NCBI GenBank assembly: GCA_963744995.1 | Contig: CAVUWA010000010.1 | Coordinates: 128,001-192,000 of the forward strand | DNA length: 64,000 bases | Source: Candidatus Eiseniibacteriota bacterium | GTDB taxonomy: Bacteria; Eisenbacteria; RBG-16-71-46 | Reading direction: 5' to 3' | In this document: one piece after another, positions 10,990 through 20,019 of the stretch | Numbering within the stretch: the first letter of the stretch is position 1 | Layout: each line of letters begins with the position of its first letter | The notes under the pieces: generated by a model | The model's input: only the letters and a program-made list of their open reading frames with translations | Database searches by the model: none | Told to the model about the DNA's origin: nothing | Translations under genes and position numbers: made by a program

Positions 10990-11922
10990 CTAGCCCTGTC
11001 CCCGGAGGCCGCGCTCCGCCGGGCGCCGGGCGATCAGCACCGCGCGGTCGCCGAGCACGTTGAACGCGCGCGTGAGCGGGACGTTCACGAGATCCAGGGC
11101 GAACATCACCGCGCGCTGTGCGGCCGACTTCCTGCCGTGGGCGCGGCCGGGCGGGATCTTGCTCTGGTCGATCCGTACGACCTCCAGACCCACGGCGCCG
11201 CACAGGAAGCGCAGCGAAGCCGGCGTGAACTCCCACAGGTGGTAGGGCGGCTCGGCCAGGACGAGCGTGCGGCCGAGCGCCCCGTAGAGGCGCAGCGCCA
11301 TCCGGCGCGCCAGCGAGTGCGTGGTGATCGGGCCGCGCAGGTAGAGGTGCCCGCCCGGGCGCAGCACGCGCGCCACCCCGGCGAGCACCGCACGGCAGTC
11401 GGGCACGTGCTCGAGCACGTCGCCCATGTAGACCAGGTCGAAGGCGGCGTCCGGCAGCCGCGCGTCCTCGAGACCGCCCTGATGGACGTCGAGGCCCAGC
11501 CCACGCGCGTGACGCACGGCGTCCGCCGACAGCTCGACGCCGCGCACGCGCCAGCCGCGTTCGACCGCGTGCTTGAGCAGCCAGCCGCCGGCGCAGCCGA
11601 CCTCGAGCAGTTCGCCGGGCGGCGAGAGCGCGGCGAACGCGTCGAGCAGGCCGCGGTTCTCTTCGCGGAACGCGTCCTCGGCGTAGTAGTCGTCCGCGCT
11701 GCGCCCGCAGCGGAAGTCGCTCCGGAAGTAGGCCGGACCGTAGAGTTCGGCGAGCGCTTCGGGCGCGGGCTGGACCGCGAGGAAGCGCGTGTCGCAACGC
11801 GGACAGCGCACCGCCGGGAACGTGCCGCGGTGCTCGTAGCGCATCGCCAGCGGGGCGAGCGCGCGGTTCCCGCACACCAGACAGCGATCCAGCCGGCGGG
11901 TCGCGAGCGGCGCCGCGCTCAT
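10990..11922 (-). CDS. Class I SAM-dependent methyltransferase with N-terminal Cys pairs
   Basis: 'LLEVGCAGG' motif I, 'DVLEHVPD'; CLVC and CPRC at the N-terminus. Confidence 0.85.
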   Translation of the reverse strand: MSAAPLATRRLDRCLVCGNRALAPLAMRYEHRGTFPAVRCPRCDTRFLAVQPAPEALAELYGPAYFRSDFRCGRSADDYYAEDAFREENRGLLDAFAALSPPGELLEVGCAGGWLLKHAVERGWRVRGVELSADAVRHARGLGLDVHQGGLEDARLPDAAFDLVYMGDVLEHVPDCRAVLAGVARVLRPGGHLYLRGPITTHSLARRMALRLYGALGRTLVLAEPPYHLWEFTPASLRFLCGAVGLEVVRIDQSKIPPGRAHGRKSAAQRAVMFALDLVNVPLTRAFNVLGDRAVLIARRPAERGLRGQG

Positions 11923-13109
11923 CGCGCGATCGGCAGTCCGCCGGCCGCCGCGGTTTCCGCGAGCGGCCGCCCATCGGTCGCGAGCGCGTGGCGGATGGCG
12001 CCCCCGCCGAGGACCCGCTCGCCGTCGTAGAACACGGCGAGCTGACCGGGCGTGACCGCCGGCTGCGGCGCGTCGAAGCGCACTTCGACGCTCCCGTCGG
12101 CCAGGGGCGTGAGCGTCGCGTCAGCGCCGTCGTGCTGGTAGCGGATCTGCACGCGCGCGCGCGTTCCCGCCGCGGGCGGCGCCGGGGTCAGCCAGTTGGC
12201 GTCGCCCGTGACCAGGCCCGCCGCGCCGAGCGCCGAGCGCGGGCCGACGATCACCGCGTTCCGCGCGGCGTCGATCTCGAGCACATGGAGCGGTTCCGCC
12301 GCGGAGAGTCCGAGGCCGCGGCGCTGGCCGACCGTGTAGTGGATGATCCCGCGGTGCGTGCCGAGCACGACGCCGTCGCGGGTCACGAACGGCCCGGGCG
12401 CGCGGCCACGCGTCTCCCCCAGGTGCTTCACCATGAAGCCGGCATAGTCGCCGTCCGGCACGAAGCAGAGGTCCTGGCTCTCGGGCTTGTCCCAGAGCGA
12501 GAGCCCCAGCCGGCGCCCGTGCTCGCGCACCTCGTCCTTGCCGAGATCGCCGAGCGGGAACCGCACGCGGGCGAGCGCCGCGTAGGGCATCAGCGCGAGC
12601 GCGTAGGACTGGTCCTTGTCCAGGTCGCCGGCGCGGTAGAGCGCCGGACCTCCGTCGGCCGCCGGAGCCACGCGCGCGTAGTGCCCGGTCGCGAGCGCCC
12701 GGGCGCCGATCAACTCCATGCGCGCGACCAGATCGCCGAACTTCAGGTGCTGGTTGCAGAGCGCGCACGGGTACGGGGTGCGGCCGCCCGCGTAGTCGTC
12801 GAGGAACGGCTGCAGCACGCGCTCGCGAAACACCTCCTCGGCCTCGACCACGAAGTGAGGGAAGCCCATCCGTGCCGCCACCCGGCGCGCGTCGTCGATG
12901 GCATCGAGGGTGCAGCAGGCGCGCGGGCTGACCGGCGCGCTGCCGTAGCACCAGAGCTTGAGCGTGACGCCGGTGACGTCGTGCCCCGCCTCGGCCATCA
13001 GCGCCGCCGCGACGCCCGAGTCCACGCCGCCGCTCATCGCGGCGAGCACCCTGAGGTGCGGCTCCGCCGCCGCGGGGGCATGGGCGGCGCCCGGGCGCGC
13101 CGAGCTCAT
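11919..13109 (-). CDS. mnmA: tRNA 2-thiouridine(34) synthase
   Basis: AMSGGVDS, 'GRTPYPCALCN', ATGHY, KDQSY, 'KPESQDLCF', 'YTVGQRRGL', 'VTPGQ'. Confidence 0.96.
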   Translation of the reverse strand: MSSARPGAAHAPAAAEPHLRVLAAMSGGVDSGVAAALMAEAGHDVTGVTLKLWCYGSAPVSPRACCTLDAIDDARRVAARMGFPHFVVEAEEVFRERVLQPFLDDYAGGRTPYPCALCNQHLKFGDLVARMELIGARALATGHYARVAPAADGGPALYRAGDLDKDQSYALALMPYAALARVRFPLGDLGKDEVREHGRRLGLSLWDKPESQDLCFVPDGDYAGFMVKHLGETRGRAPGPFVTRDGVVLGTHRGIIHYTVGQRRGLGLSAAEPLHVLEIDAARNAVIVGPRSALGAAGLVTGDANWLTPAPPAAGTRARVQIRYQHDGADATLTPLADGSVEVRFDAPQPAVTPGQLAVFYDGERVLGGGAIRHALATDGRPLAETAAAGGLPIAR

Positions 13110-14248
13110 CGCGCTCCCGCCACGCGCGCGGCGGCGAGGCTCTCGGCCAGTGCGCCGAGCACCGCCGGCACGTCTTCCCGGACGGTGGTCCGGCCCATCG
13201 AGAAGCGCAGCGCGCAGATCGCCAGATCGTGCGGCACGTCCATCGCCGCCAGCACGGGCGAGGGCTCGACGGCGCCGCTCGCGCAGGCCGCCCCGGCCGA
13301 GACTTCGACCCCGCGCGCATCGAGCGCCATCAGCAGATGGTCGCTGCGCGCGCCCGGGAACGACGCGTTGGTCGTGTTCGGCAGGCGCGGCGCGGCGGCG
13401 CCGTGCACGACCGCGTCGGGAGCGATGGCGGCGACGCCCCGCTCGAACTCCGCGCGCAGCGCCGCGAGCCGCACGCCCTCGGCCGCGAGCTCGCGGGCGG
13501 CGCAGGCCGCCGCCTCGCCCATGCCGACGATCGCCGGCACCGCCTCGGTGCCGCCGCGGCGGCCGCGCTCGTGGCCGCTGCCGCGGAACAACGGCTCGAA
13601 TGCCACGCCCCGGCGGATGATCAGCGCAGCGGCGCCCTTGGGGCCCGAGAACTTGTGCGCCGAGATCACCGTGAGGTCCGCGCCCAGCGCGGCCGCGTCG
13701 ATCGGTATCTTCCCCGCCGCCTGGACCGCATCGCAGTGCACAATCATGCCGCGCGCGTGCGCGCGCTCGGCGATCCGGGCGATCGGCTGCACGACGCCCG
13801 TCTCGTTGTTGGCGAGCATCACGCTGATGACGCTCGTGTCGGCGGGCAGCGCATCGATCGCGTCCGGCGAGACGAGTCCCGCGGCGTCCACCGGCAGGTG
13901 CTCGACGGCGAAGCCGATGCGCGCGAGCACTTCGGCCGCGCCGTGCACGGCGTGGTGCTCGATGCTCGAGATCGCGACGCGGCGGCCGCGGGCCTCGGCG
14001 GCCCACGCCGCACCGATCAGTCCGGCGTGGTCACCCTCGGTGCCGCCGCTCACGAACACGACCTCGGCCGGGTCGGCGGAGACCAGACCGGCCACCTGGC
14101 CACGGGCGGCCTCGACTGCGGCGCGGACGCGCTGTCCCTCGCGGTGGGTGCTCGACGGGTTCGCGCCGAACTCGCGCAGCGCGCGGGCGATCGCTGCCGC
14201 GGCCTCGGGGCGCACGGGGGTGGATGCGTTGTGGTCGAAATAGATCAT
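13106..14248 (-). CDS. iscS: Cysteine desulfurase (IscS/NifS family)
   Basis: 'IYFDHNASTP', 'SAHKFSGPKG', 'SAGAACASG'; coupled to mnmA. Confidence 0.92.
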   Translation of the reverse strand: MIYFDHNASTPVRPEAAAAIARALREFGANPSSTHREGQRVRAAVEAARGQVAGLVSADPAEVVFVSGGTEGDHAGLIGAAWAAEARGRRVAISSIEHHAVHGAAEVLARIGFAVEHLPVDAAGLVSPDAIDALPADTSVISVMLANNETGVVQPIARIAERAHARGMIVHCDAVQAAGKIPIDAAALGADLTVISAHKFSGPKGAAALIIRRGVAFEPLFRGSGHERGRRGGTEAVPAIVGMGEAAACAARELAAEGVRLAALRAEFERGVAAIAPDAVVHGAAAPRLPNTTNASFPGARSDHLLMALDARGVEVSAGAACASGAVEPSPVLAAMDVPHDLAICALRFSMGRTTVREDVPAVLGALAESLAAARVAGAR

Positions 14249-14303
14249 GGCCGTTCGGGAACGGGGGTCCGCCGCCCGCGGCGGACCGGCGGCCGCGGGG
14301 AGG

Positions 14304-14912
14304 CTACTTCTTGAGAACGAATTTCTCGAGGACGTCGATGCTCTCCTTGGCGCTCACCGCTTCGGGCGAGTCGGGCGCGAGCTCCACGACCTTTTTCCAG
14401 TTGTTGATCGCCTCGCGATAGATCCCCGCGTCGGCGAATGCCACGCCCATCGTGAAGTAGCCGCAGTGCGCGTCGGGATGCTCGCGGATGACTTCGCGCA
14501 GCAGGTCCACGGCCTGCTCGTACTTGCTTTGCGCATACATCGAGCTGGCCATCCGGCACTTGGCGATCGGGTCCTTCGGGTCGACCTTGAGCGCCTGCTG
14601 ATAGTAGGCCTGTGCCGTCGACGGCTTTCCGCTCGCGTCCCACGCCACGCCGAGGTTGACCAGCGCCTTCACGTTGTTCGGATCGAGGACCACCGCGCGG
14701 GTCAGCACGCGGGTCGCGTCGAGCGCGCGGTCCTTGTCCAGATACATGACGCCCAGCTTGTAGAGGACATCCGCCTTGCTCGAGTCGCGCGCCACCTGCC
14801 GTTCGAGCCTGGCGAGATCTTCGTTCGATTTGTCCTGGGCGAGCGCCGGGGCCGCGAGGGCCAGTGCCGCGAGCGCGGCGAGCAGCAGCGGGATCAGGCG
14901 GAAGCGCTTCAA
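14304..14912 (-). CDS. Exported tetratricopeptide-repeat protein
   Basis: TTG start after GAGGAG, signal peptide (AxA-QD), consecutive TPR units. Confidence 0.85.
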   Translation of the reverse strand: MKRFRLIPLLLAALAALALAAPALAQDKSNEDLARLERQVARDSSKADVLYKLGVMYLDKDRALDATRVLTRAVVLDPNNVKALVNLGVAWDASGKPSTAQAYYQQALKVDPKDPIAKCRMASSMYAQSKYEQAVDLLREVIREHPDAHCGYFTMGVAFADAGIYREAINNWKKVVELAPDSPEAVSAKESIDVLEKFVLKK

Positions 14913-15013
14913 GTCGTGATCTCCTCGGGGTCTGCGGGAATGCGGCGCGCAGGATGATAGCACGCTCCGAAACCCGCCTCCAAAGCATGATCGCGCTTGA
15001 AGTTCCGGAATTG

Positions 15014-16582
15014 TCAGGCGTCGCGGTGTTCGGGCCTGAGGAGGTCCATCAGCGTCTTCACCGGGTGGAATACCGTGCCCGGCACCTCGACGAAGACGGA
15101 GTTCCAGCCGGCCATCGCCCCGTTCCAGAGGCCGGGGCGTTCGAGCGCCAGCAGCGGCCGCCCGCCGGCGCTCTTGCGCGTGACGATCACGGCCGCGGGG
15201 TCCACGAACCGGGTCAGGTCGTACGGCGTGCCGCTCGCGTCGCGCAGTGCGCAGGCGATGAACACGGGATTGAAGTGGGTCGCCTCGCGGAAGATCCGCG
15301 CCTGCTCCGGGTCCTCCATGCGGACCTGGGCGCTCTCGACGATCTGCGGCGAGGATGCGCCACGTGCGCCGGCAACGAAGTACGGTCCGCCGCCCGGTTC
15401 CCCGGTGTTCGGCACCATGCCGCAGACGCGGACCGGGCGGGCGAGCCGGTCGAGGAGCGCCGCCCGGTCGGCCGTCTCTCCCCGGGCGATCCCGCCGCCG
15501 AATGCGGCCGCATGAAAATCGCGCGCGCCCTCGAACGTCGCGGCGTCGCCCCCGGCCTCGACCCGCCGGGTCCAGGCGTGGCACTGCGCCTCGATCGCCG
15601 CGGCCATGCCGGTCAGGATCCGGCTCCACTCGTAGGTCGGCCCCTTGAGCCGGTCGGGCACGACGTTGTCGATGTTCTTGATCAGCACCAGGTCGGCACC
15701 GATCTCGCCGAGGTTCCAGATCAGCGCGCCATGCCCGGCGGGACGGAACAGCAGCCGGCCGGAGGCGGCCCGGAACGGGCGGCCGCTCTCGTCGGCGGCG
15801 AGGGTGTCGGTCGACGGATGCTGCTCCGAGAAGCCGACCTCGAAACGCGTTTCGCGGGTGCGGGCGCGCACCGCTTCGAGCGCGGCGGCAAACGCCGTCA
15901 GGTGCGCCAGCGAGACGGTGAAGTGCGCGCGCGCGACGCCGGCCGCGCCGGCGGTGAGGGCCGCCGCCTCGACCAGCTGCTCGTCGAACGCGGTCCGCAC
16001 GATGCCGTCCACCCGATGGAACGGCAGCAGGCCCTTGGGGCTCGAGGCGGCGCCCATGCCGGAATCGTCGAGCAAGGCGTCCAGCAGCGGGCGCCACTCG
16101 CCTGCCTGGAGCATCTGTTCCGCGTCGCCGCCCGCGCGGGCGACGTGCGCGGCGAGCGCATCCCAGAGCGCGAGGTCCTTCGCACCGTCCAGGAACGCGA
16201 GCACCGCGGCCGCGTCCCCGGCGCCGCCCGCGGCCGCGGCGGCGAGCGCCGTGCGATCGTCCGCGGGCGGTCGCGCCCGCGCGCGCTCGAGAGCGGCGAA
16301 CATCCGGCTCGCCGCGCCGGAGGCGGGCACGAAGCGCATGCAGCGCCCGCCCGCCACCGCCCGGGCGCCGGCCTCGGCGTACCGGGCCCGCGCGGCGTCG
16401 TCGAGACGCACGATGCCGTCCCCCACCGTGCACGGGCGGATGAGCCGCACGTGATGCTCGGGTTCGGCGAGCAGCGCCAGCTGCCGCGCGGCTTCGTCGA
16501 TCGTGATCCCTCGCGCCTGGAGCTCGGCGGCGTCGGCTGGCGTGAACGCGGTGCGCGCGGCACCGGACGTGCCTCCGCTCAC
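15014..16582 (-). CDS. DUF4301 family protein (nucleotidyltransferase-like fold)
   Basis: 'FVPASGAASRMF', 'PKGLLPFH', 'FRPAGHGAL', 'IKNIDNV', 'GEPGGGP', 'LERPGLWNGAM'. Confidence 0.88.
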   Translation of the reverse strand: MSGGTSGAARTAFTPADAAELQARGITIDEAARQLALLAEPEHHVRLIRPCTVGDGIVRLDDAARARYAEAGARAVAGGRCMRFVPASGAASRMFAALERARARPPADDRTALAAAAAGGAGDAAAVLAFLDGAKDLALWDALAAHVARAGGDAEQMLQAGEWRPLLDALLDDSGMGAASSPKGLLPFHRVDGIVRTAFDEQLVEAAALTAGAAGVARAHFTVSLAHLTAFAAALEAVRARTRETRFEVGFSEQHPSTDTLAADESGRPFRAASGRLLFRPAGHGALIWNLGEIGADLVLIKNIDNVVPDRLKGPTYEWSRILTGMAAAIEAQCHAWTRRVEAGGDAATFEGARDFHAAAFGGGIARGETADRAALLDRLARPVRVCGMVPNTGEPGGGPYFVAGARGASSPQIVESAQVRMEDPEQARIFREATHFNPVFIACALRDASGTPYDLTRFVDPAAVIVTRKSAGGRPLLALERPGLWNGAMAGWNSVFVEVPGTVFHPVKTLMDLLRPEHRDA

Positions 16583-17796
16583 GCCTTCACCGCCGTGCGC
16601 GCCGCCGCGTCGATCGCCTGCGCGAGATCGGCCCACAAATCCTCGACGTCCTCGACACCGGCCGAAAGCCGCACGAGCCCTTCCGGGATGCCGGCCGCGC
16701 GGCGTCCTGCAACGCCGAGCTGGACGTGCGACGTGTAGACCGGCAGCGAGACCAGCGTCTCGATGCCGCCGAGGCTCGGCGCATGCAGCACGAGCTCGAG
16801 CGCGTTGGCGAGCGCCTCGGCCCCCGCCGCGCCGCCCGCGACCTCGAACGACAGCAATGGGCCGAAACCGCCGTGCATCTGCGCCTTCGCAATCGCGTGC
16901 CCGGGATGATCCTCGAGGCCCGCGTAGAACACCTGCCGGACACCGGGATGCGCCTTCAGCCGCCGCGCCAGCTCGAGCGCGTTCTCGTTCTGCGCCGCGA
17001 CCCGCAGCGGCAGGGTCTTCACGCTCCGCTCGATCTGCCACGCGAGCTGCGGGTCGGGCACCGGGCCCAGCACCCGGCGCGTCTTCGCCACGGCCTCGAT
17101 CGCATCGGCGGGACCCATCACCGCGCCCGCGAGCAGATCGGCATGGCCGCCGATCGACTTGGTCGCGCTGTAGACCACCAGATCCGCGCCGAGTTCGAGT
17201 CCGTGCTGGCCGATGGGCGAGGCGACGGTGTTGTCGAGCACCAGCACGGCGCCGTGCGCGTGCGCGAGCTCGGCCGCGCGCGCGACGTCCACCACCGAGA
17301 GCAGCGGATTGGCCGGCGACTCCACGTGCAGCAGCTTCGTGTTCGGACGGAACCCCGCGGCCCAGGTGTCGGGGGTGCGCGCGTCCACCGTGTCGGACGT
17401 CCAGCCGGCACGCTCGGCGCCCCATGCGGCCAGCATGTGCGTGCCGCCGTAGCACTGCTGCAGCACCAGCAGATGATCGCCGGGCGCGAGCAGCGTAAAG
17501 AACGTCGCCGCGATCGCGGCGAGCCCCGACGAGAACAGCAGTGCCGCTTCCGCCCCCTCGAGGTCTGCCAGCCCGCGTTCGACCGCGTGCAGGGTCGGGT
17601 GACCGTAACGCTGGTAGAACGCGCCCGCCCGGCCCTGCGCCTGCGCCTCGGTCATCGCCGCGAGGTTCGGAAAGGCGAACGTCGCCGAATGGACGATCGG
17701 CGTGGATCGCGGACCCGGCCGGCCCATGTGGATGCCGTGCGCGGCGCGGGTGCGCGCGCTCTTTCCGGGGCCCCGGGAGGCGTCTCTGGCACTCAT
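16579..17796 (-). CDS. Cys/Met metabolism PLP-dependent enzyme (methionine gamma-lyase / cystathionine gamma-synthase-like)
   Basis: 'YQRYGHPT', 'ESPANP', 'DNT', 'SATKSIGGH', 'SLGGIETL', 'RLSAGVED'. Confidence 0.9.
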   Translation of the reverse strand: MSARDASRGPGKSARTRAAHGIHMGRPGPRSTPIVHSATFAFPNLAAMTEAQAQGRAGAFYQRYGHPTLHAVERGLADLEGAEAALLFSSGLAAIAATFFTLLAPGDHLLVLQQCYGGTHMLAAWGAERAGWTSDTVDARTPDTWAAGFRPNTKLLHVESPANPLLSVVDVARAAELAHAHGAVLVLDNTVASPIGQHGLELGADLVVYSATKSIGGHADLLAGAVMGPADAIEAVAKTRRVLGPVPDPQLAWQIERSVKTLPLRVAAQNENALELARRLKAHPGVRQVFYAGLEDHPGHAIAKAQMHGGFGPLLSFEVAGGAAGAEALANALELVLHAPSLGGIETLVSLPVYTSHVQLGVAGRRAAGIPEGLVRLSAGVEDVEDLWADLAQAIDAAARTAVKA

Positions 17797-17918
17797 GGCG
17801 GAATCCTTCCCCTGGTCTGCGCGATCGCGCCGCGCGGCGGTCCGGCTTTCGGGCCGCCCCCGACGGCGGCGCGTCCCGGCGTGGTGCGCGATTTTCAACC
17901 TGGAACCCGCCTCGGCCC

Positions 17919-17947
17919 GTGACAGCATGCGGGTCAGGTTCTAAAGT
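17919..17947 (+). promoter_or_regulatory. Putative sigma70 promoter of the GT9 gene
   Basis: GTGACA-N17-TAAAGT in an AT-richer intergenic patch. Confidence 0.4.
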
Positions 17948-17972
17948 GCGGTCCATCATAACCCAACCCGAC

Positions 17973-19046
17973 ATGACCGCCGCCGACCTCCCCGATCCCG
18001 TCCGCGTCCAGCGGGTGCTGATGATCCGTCCGCGCTTCCTCGGCGACGTCTGTCTCACGCTGCCCGCGCTCGAGGCGCTCCGCGCGGCGTGTCCGGGGGC
18101 GAAGATCGCCTACGTCGCCGAACCCGCCGCCGCGGCGCTGCTCGAAGGCGATCCGCGCATCGATGAACGGATCGTGGTGCCGCGCTCGCCCGGCGCCGGC
18201 GGTACGCTGGCACTCGTCGCACGCCTCAGACGCTTCGCGCCCGACGTGGCGTTCGACTTCTTCTGCAACCCGCGTACCGCGGTGTGGACGTTCCTGTCCG
18301 GTGCGAAGGTGCGCGTGGGCTATCCGAACAAGGGCTGGCGCTCGACGCTCTATACGCACCACGCGCGGCCGCGCACGCTGTCGGCGATCGGCTTCCACCT
18401 CGCTTCGCTCACGGCGCTCGGCTGGCCTATCGCCCACGGCCCGCCGCGCCTCCACGTCCCGGCCGCGTCGAAGGACGACGCGACGCGGGCCTTGCGCGAG
18501 GATGGCGTGCCGGCCGGGCGCAGACTCGTCGGCTTCCATCCCGGCGCGCGCTGGCCGACGCGGCGCTGGGCGCCGGAGCGCTTTGCGGCGCTCGCCGCGC
18601 GCGTGATCGACCACGAGCCGGATGCATTCGTCCTCGTCACGGGCGGACCCGACGAGGCGCCCCTCGTGCGCGAGGTCGTGCGCGACCTGCCGCACGCCCG
18701 CTCACGCGCGGTGATCGGCTGGCCGATCCCGCGCTTCGTCGCCCTGCAATCCATGTGCGCCGCGTTCGTCTGCGGAGATACCGGCCCCATGCACACGGCG
18801 GTCGCCACCGGTGCGCCCACGCTCGGATTGATCTCACGCAACCGCCCGGCCATGTTCTTTCCCTACGCGGAGGCCGACGGTCACCACGCCTGTTACGCCC
18901 GCGTCGAGTGCAGTCCGTGCCACCGCGACGTGTGCGACGATCTGCGCTGTCTCGAACGAATCACCGTCGACGGCGCCTGGACGATCCTCGAATCCATGCT
19001 CGACCGCACGGCCCGCGCCGCGTCGGCGGCCGCGCCCGGGAGATGA
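17973..19046 (+). CDS. Glycosyltransferase family 9 (LPS heptosyltransferase-like)
   Basis: 'LGDVCLTLP', 'HPGARWPTRRW', 'GDTGPMH', C-terminal CSPC..C..C. Confidence 0.9.
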   Translation: MTAADLPDPVRVQRVLMIRPRFLGDVCLTLPALEALRAACPGAKIAYVAEPAAAALLEGDPRIDERIVVPRSPGAGGTLALVARLRRFAPDVAFDFFCNPRTAVWTFLSGAKVRVGYPNKGWRSTLYTHHARPRTLSAIGFHLASLTALGWPIAHGPPRLHVPAASKDDATRALREDGVPAGRRLVGFHPGARWPTRRWAPERFAALAARVIDHEPDAFVLVTGGPDEAPLVREVVRDLPHARSRAVIGWPIPRFVALQSMCAAFVCGDTGPMHTAVATGAPTLGLISRNRPAMFFPYAEADGHHACYARVECSPCHRDVCDDLRCLERITVDGAWTILESMLDRTARAASAAAPGR

Positions 19047-19870
19047 CGATGCCGCCACCGATCATCACATTCACCTCCGACTTCGGCCACACGGACTGGT
19101 TCACCGGAGTGGTGCACGGCGTGATCCACGGCGTGTGTCCGGCCGCACGCGTGGTCGATCTCACCCACGACGTGCGCCCGGGTCACGTCGAGCGCGCCGC
19201 GTTCATCCTCGAGGCGGCGGCGCCGGACTTTCCCGCCGGCACCGTGCATCTCGCGGTCGTGGATCCCGGTGTCGGCACGCAGCGTCGCGCGCTCGCGGCC
19301 GCAGCGCACGGCCAGTTCTTCGTCGGCCCGGACAACGGGCTGCTCGAGTGGGCGTTCCGCGATCCCGCGTGCGTCATCCACGCGCTCACCGAGGCGCGGT
19401 TCTTCCGCGCGCCGGTCAGCCGCAGCTTCCACGGCCGCGATGTCTTCGCGCCCGTCGCCGCGCACCTCGCGGAAGGGACGCCGATCGCATCCCTGGGGCC
19501 GCGGGTCGACGATCCCGTGAGGCTCGAGGCGCCGCGCCCGCGTGACGAGCTGGGCTGGCTCGCCGGGCGCGTGATGTTCATCGATCGCTTCGGCAACGCG
19601 CTCACCAACCTGACCGAGGACATCGTGCGCGGTGCGTTTCCGGGAATCCCCGATGACCGGCTCGAGGTGCGCGCGCTCGGCCGCTCGATCCGTGGTCTGG
19701 TGCGCACCTACGGCGATGCGCCGCGCGGCGCGCTGATCGCGCTCATGGGCTCGAGCGGCCGGCTCGAGATCGCCGTGGTGGACGGTGACGTCGCCTGGCG
19801 TTTCGGCCTCGGCGCCGGCGATCCGGTCACCGTGCGCGCGATCGGCGACGAGGGCAGTACGGCGGGCTGA
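19043..19870 (+). CDS. SAM hydroxide adenosyltransferase / chlorinase-fluorinase family (DUF62)
   Basis: 'TSDFG', 'VVDPGVGT', 'GPDNG', 'SFHGRDVFAP', 'IDRFGN', 'LEIAV'. Confidence 0.92.
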   Translation: MTMPPPIITFTSDFGHTDWFTGVVHGVIHGVCPAARVVDLTHDVRPGHVERAAFILEAAAPDFPAGTVHLAVVDPGVGTQRRALAAAAHGQFFVGPDNGLLEWAFRDPACVIHALTEARFFRAPVSRSFHGRDVFAPVAAHLAEGTPIASLGPRVDDPVRLEAPRPRDELGWLAGRVMFIDRFGNALTNLTEDIVRGAFPGIPDDRLEVRALGRSIRGLVRTYGDAPRGALIALMGSSGRLEIAVVDGDVAWRFGLGAGDPVTVRAIGDEGSTAG

Positions 19871-20019
19871 ACCGGGGGACGGGGGCGGCGGCGGCGACCG
19901 GAGCCTGCAGGGTGGAGCGCGCCGGCCGTGCCGCACCGCGCCGGCCGGCCGCGGGGATGCGCGCGTCCCCGGCCCGCGCGAAGCGGACCGGGGACGCCGT
20001 GTCTCGAGCCGCGTGCGGG

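Noticed and set aside
18905..18925. CSPCH in the GT9 protein as a heme-binding site
   Set aside because: Cytoplasmic enzyme without a signal peptide; Cys-rich tails are common in GT9
19043..19870. Fluorinase or chlorinase for halometabolite synthesis
   Set aside because: Housekeeping context and the FHGRD motif fit the widespread DUF62 SAM hydrolase
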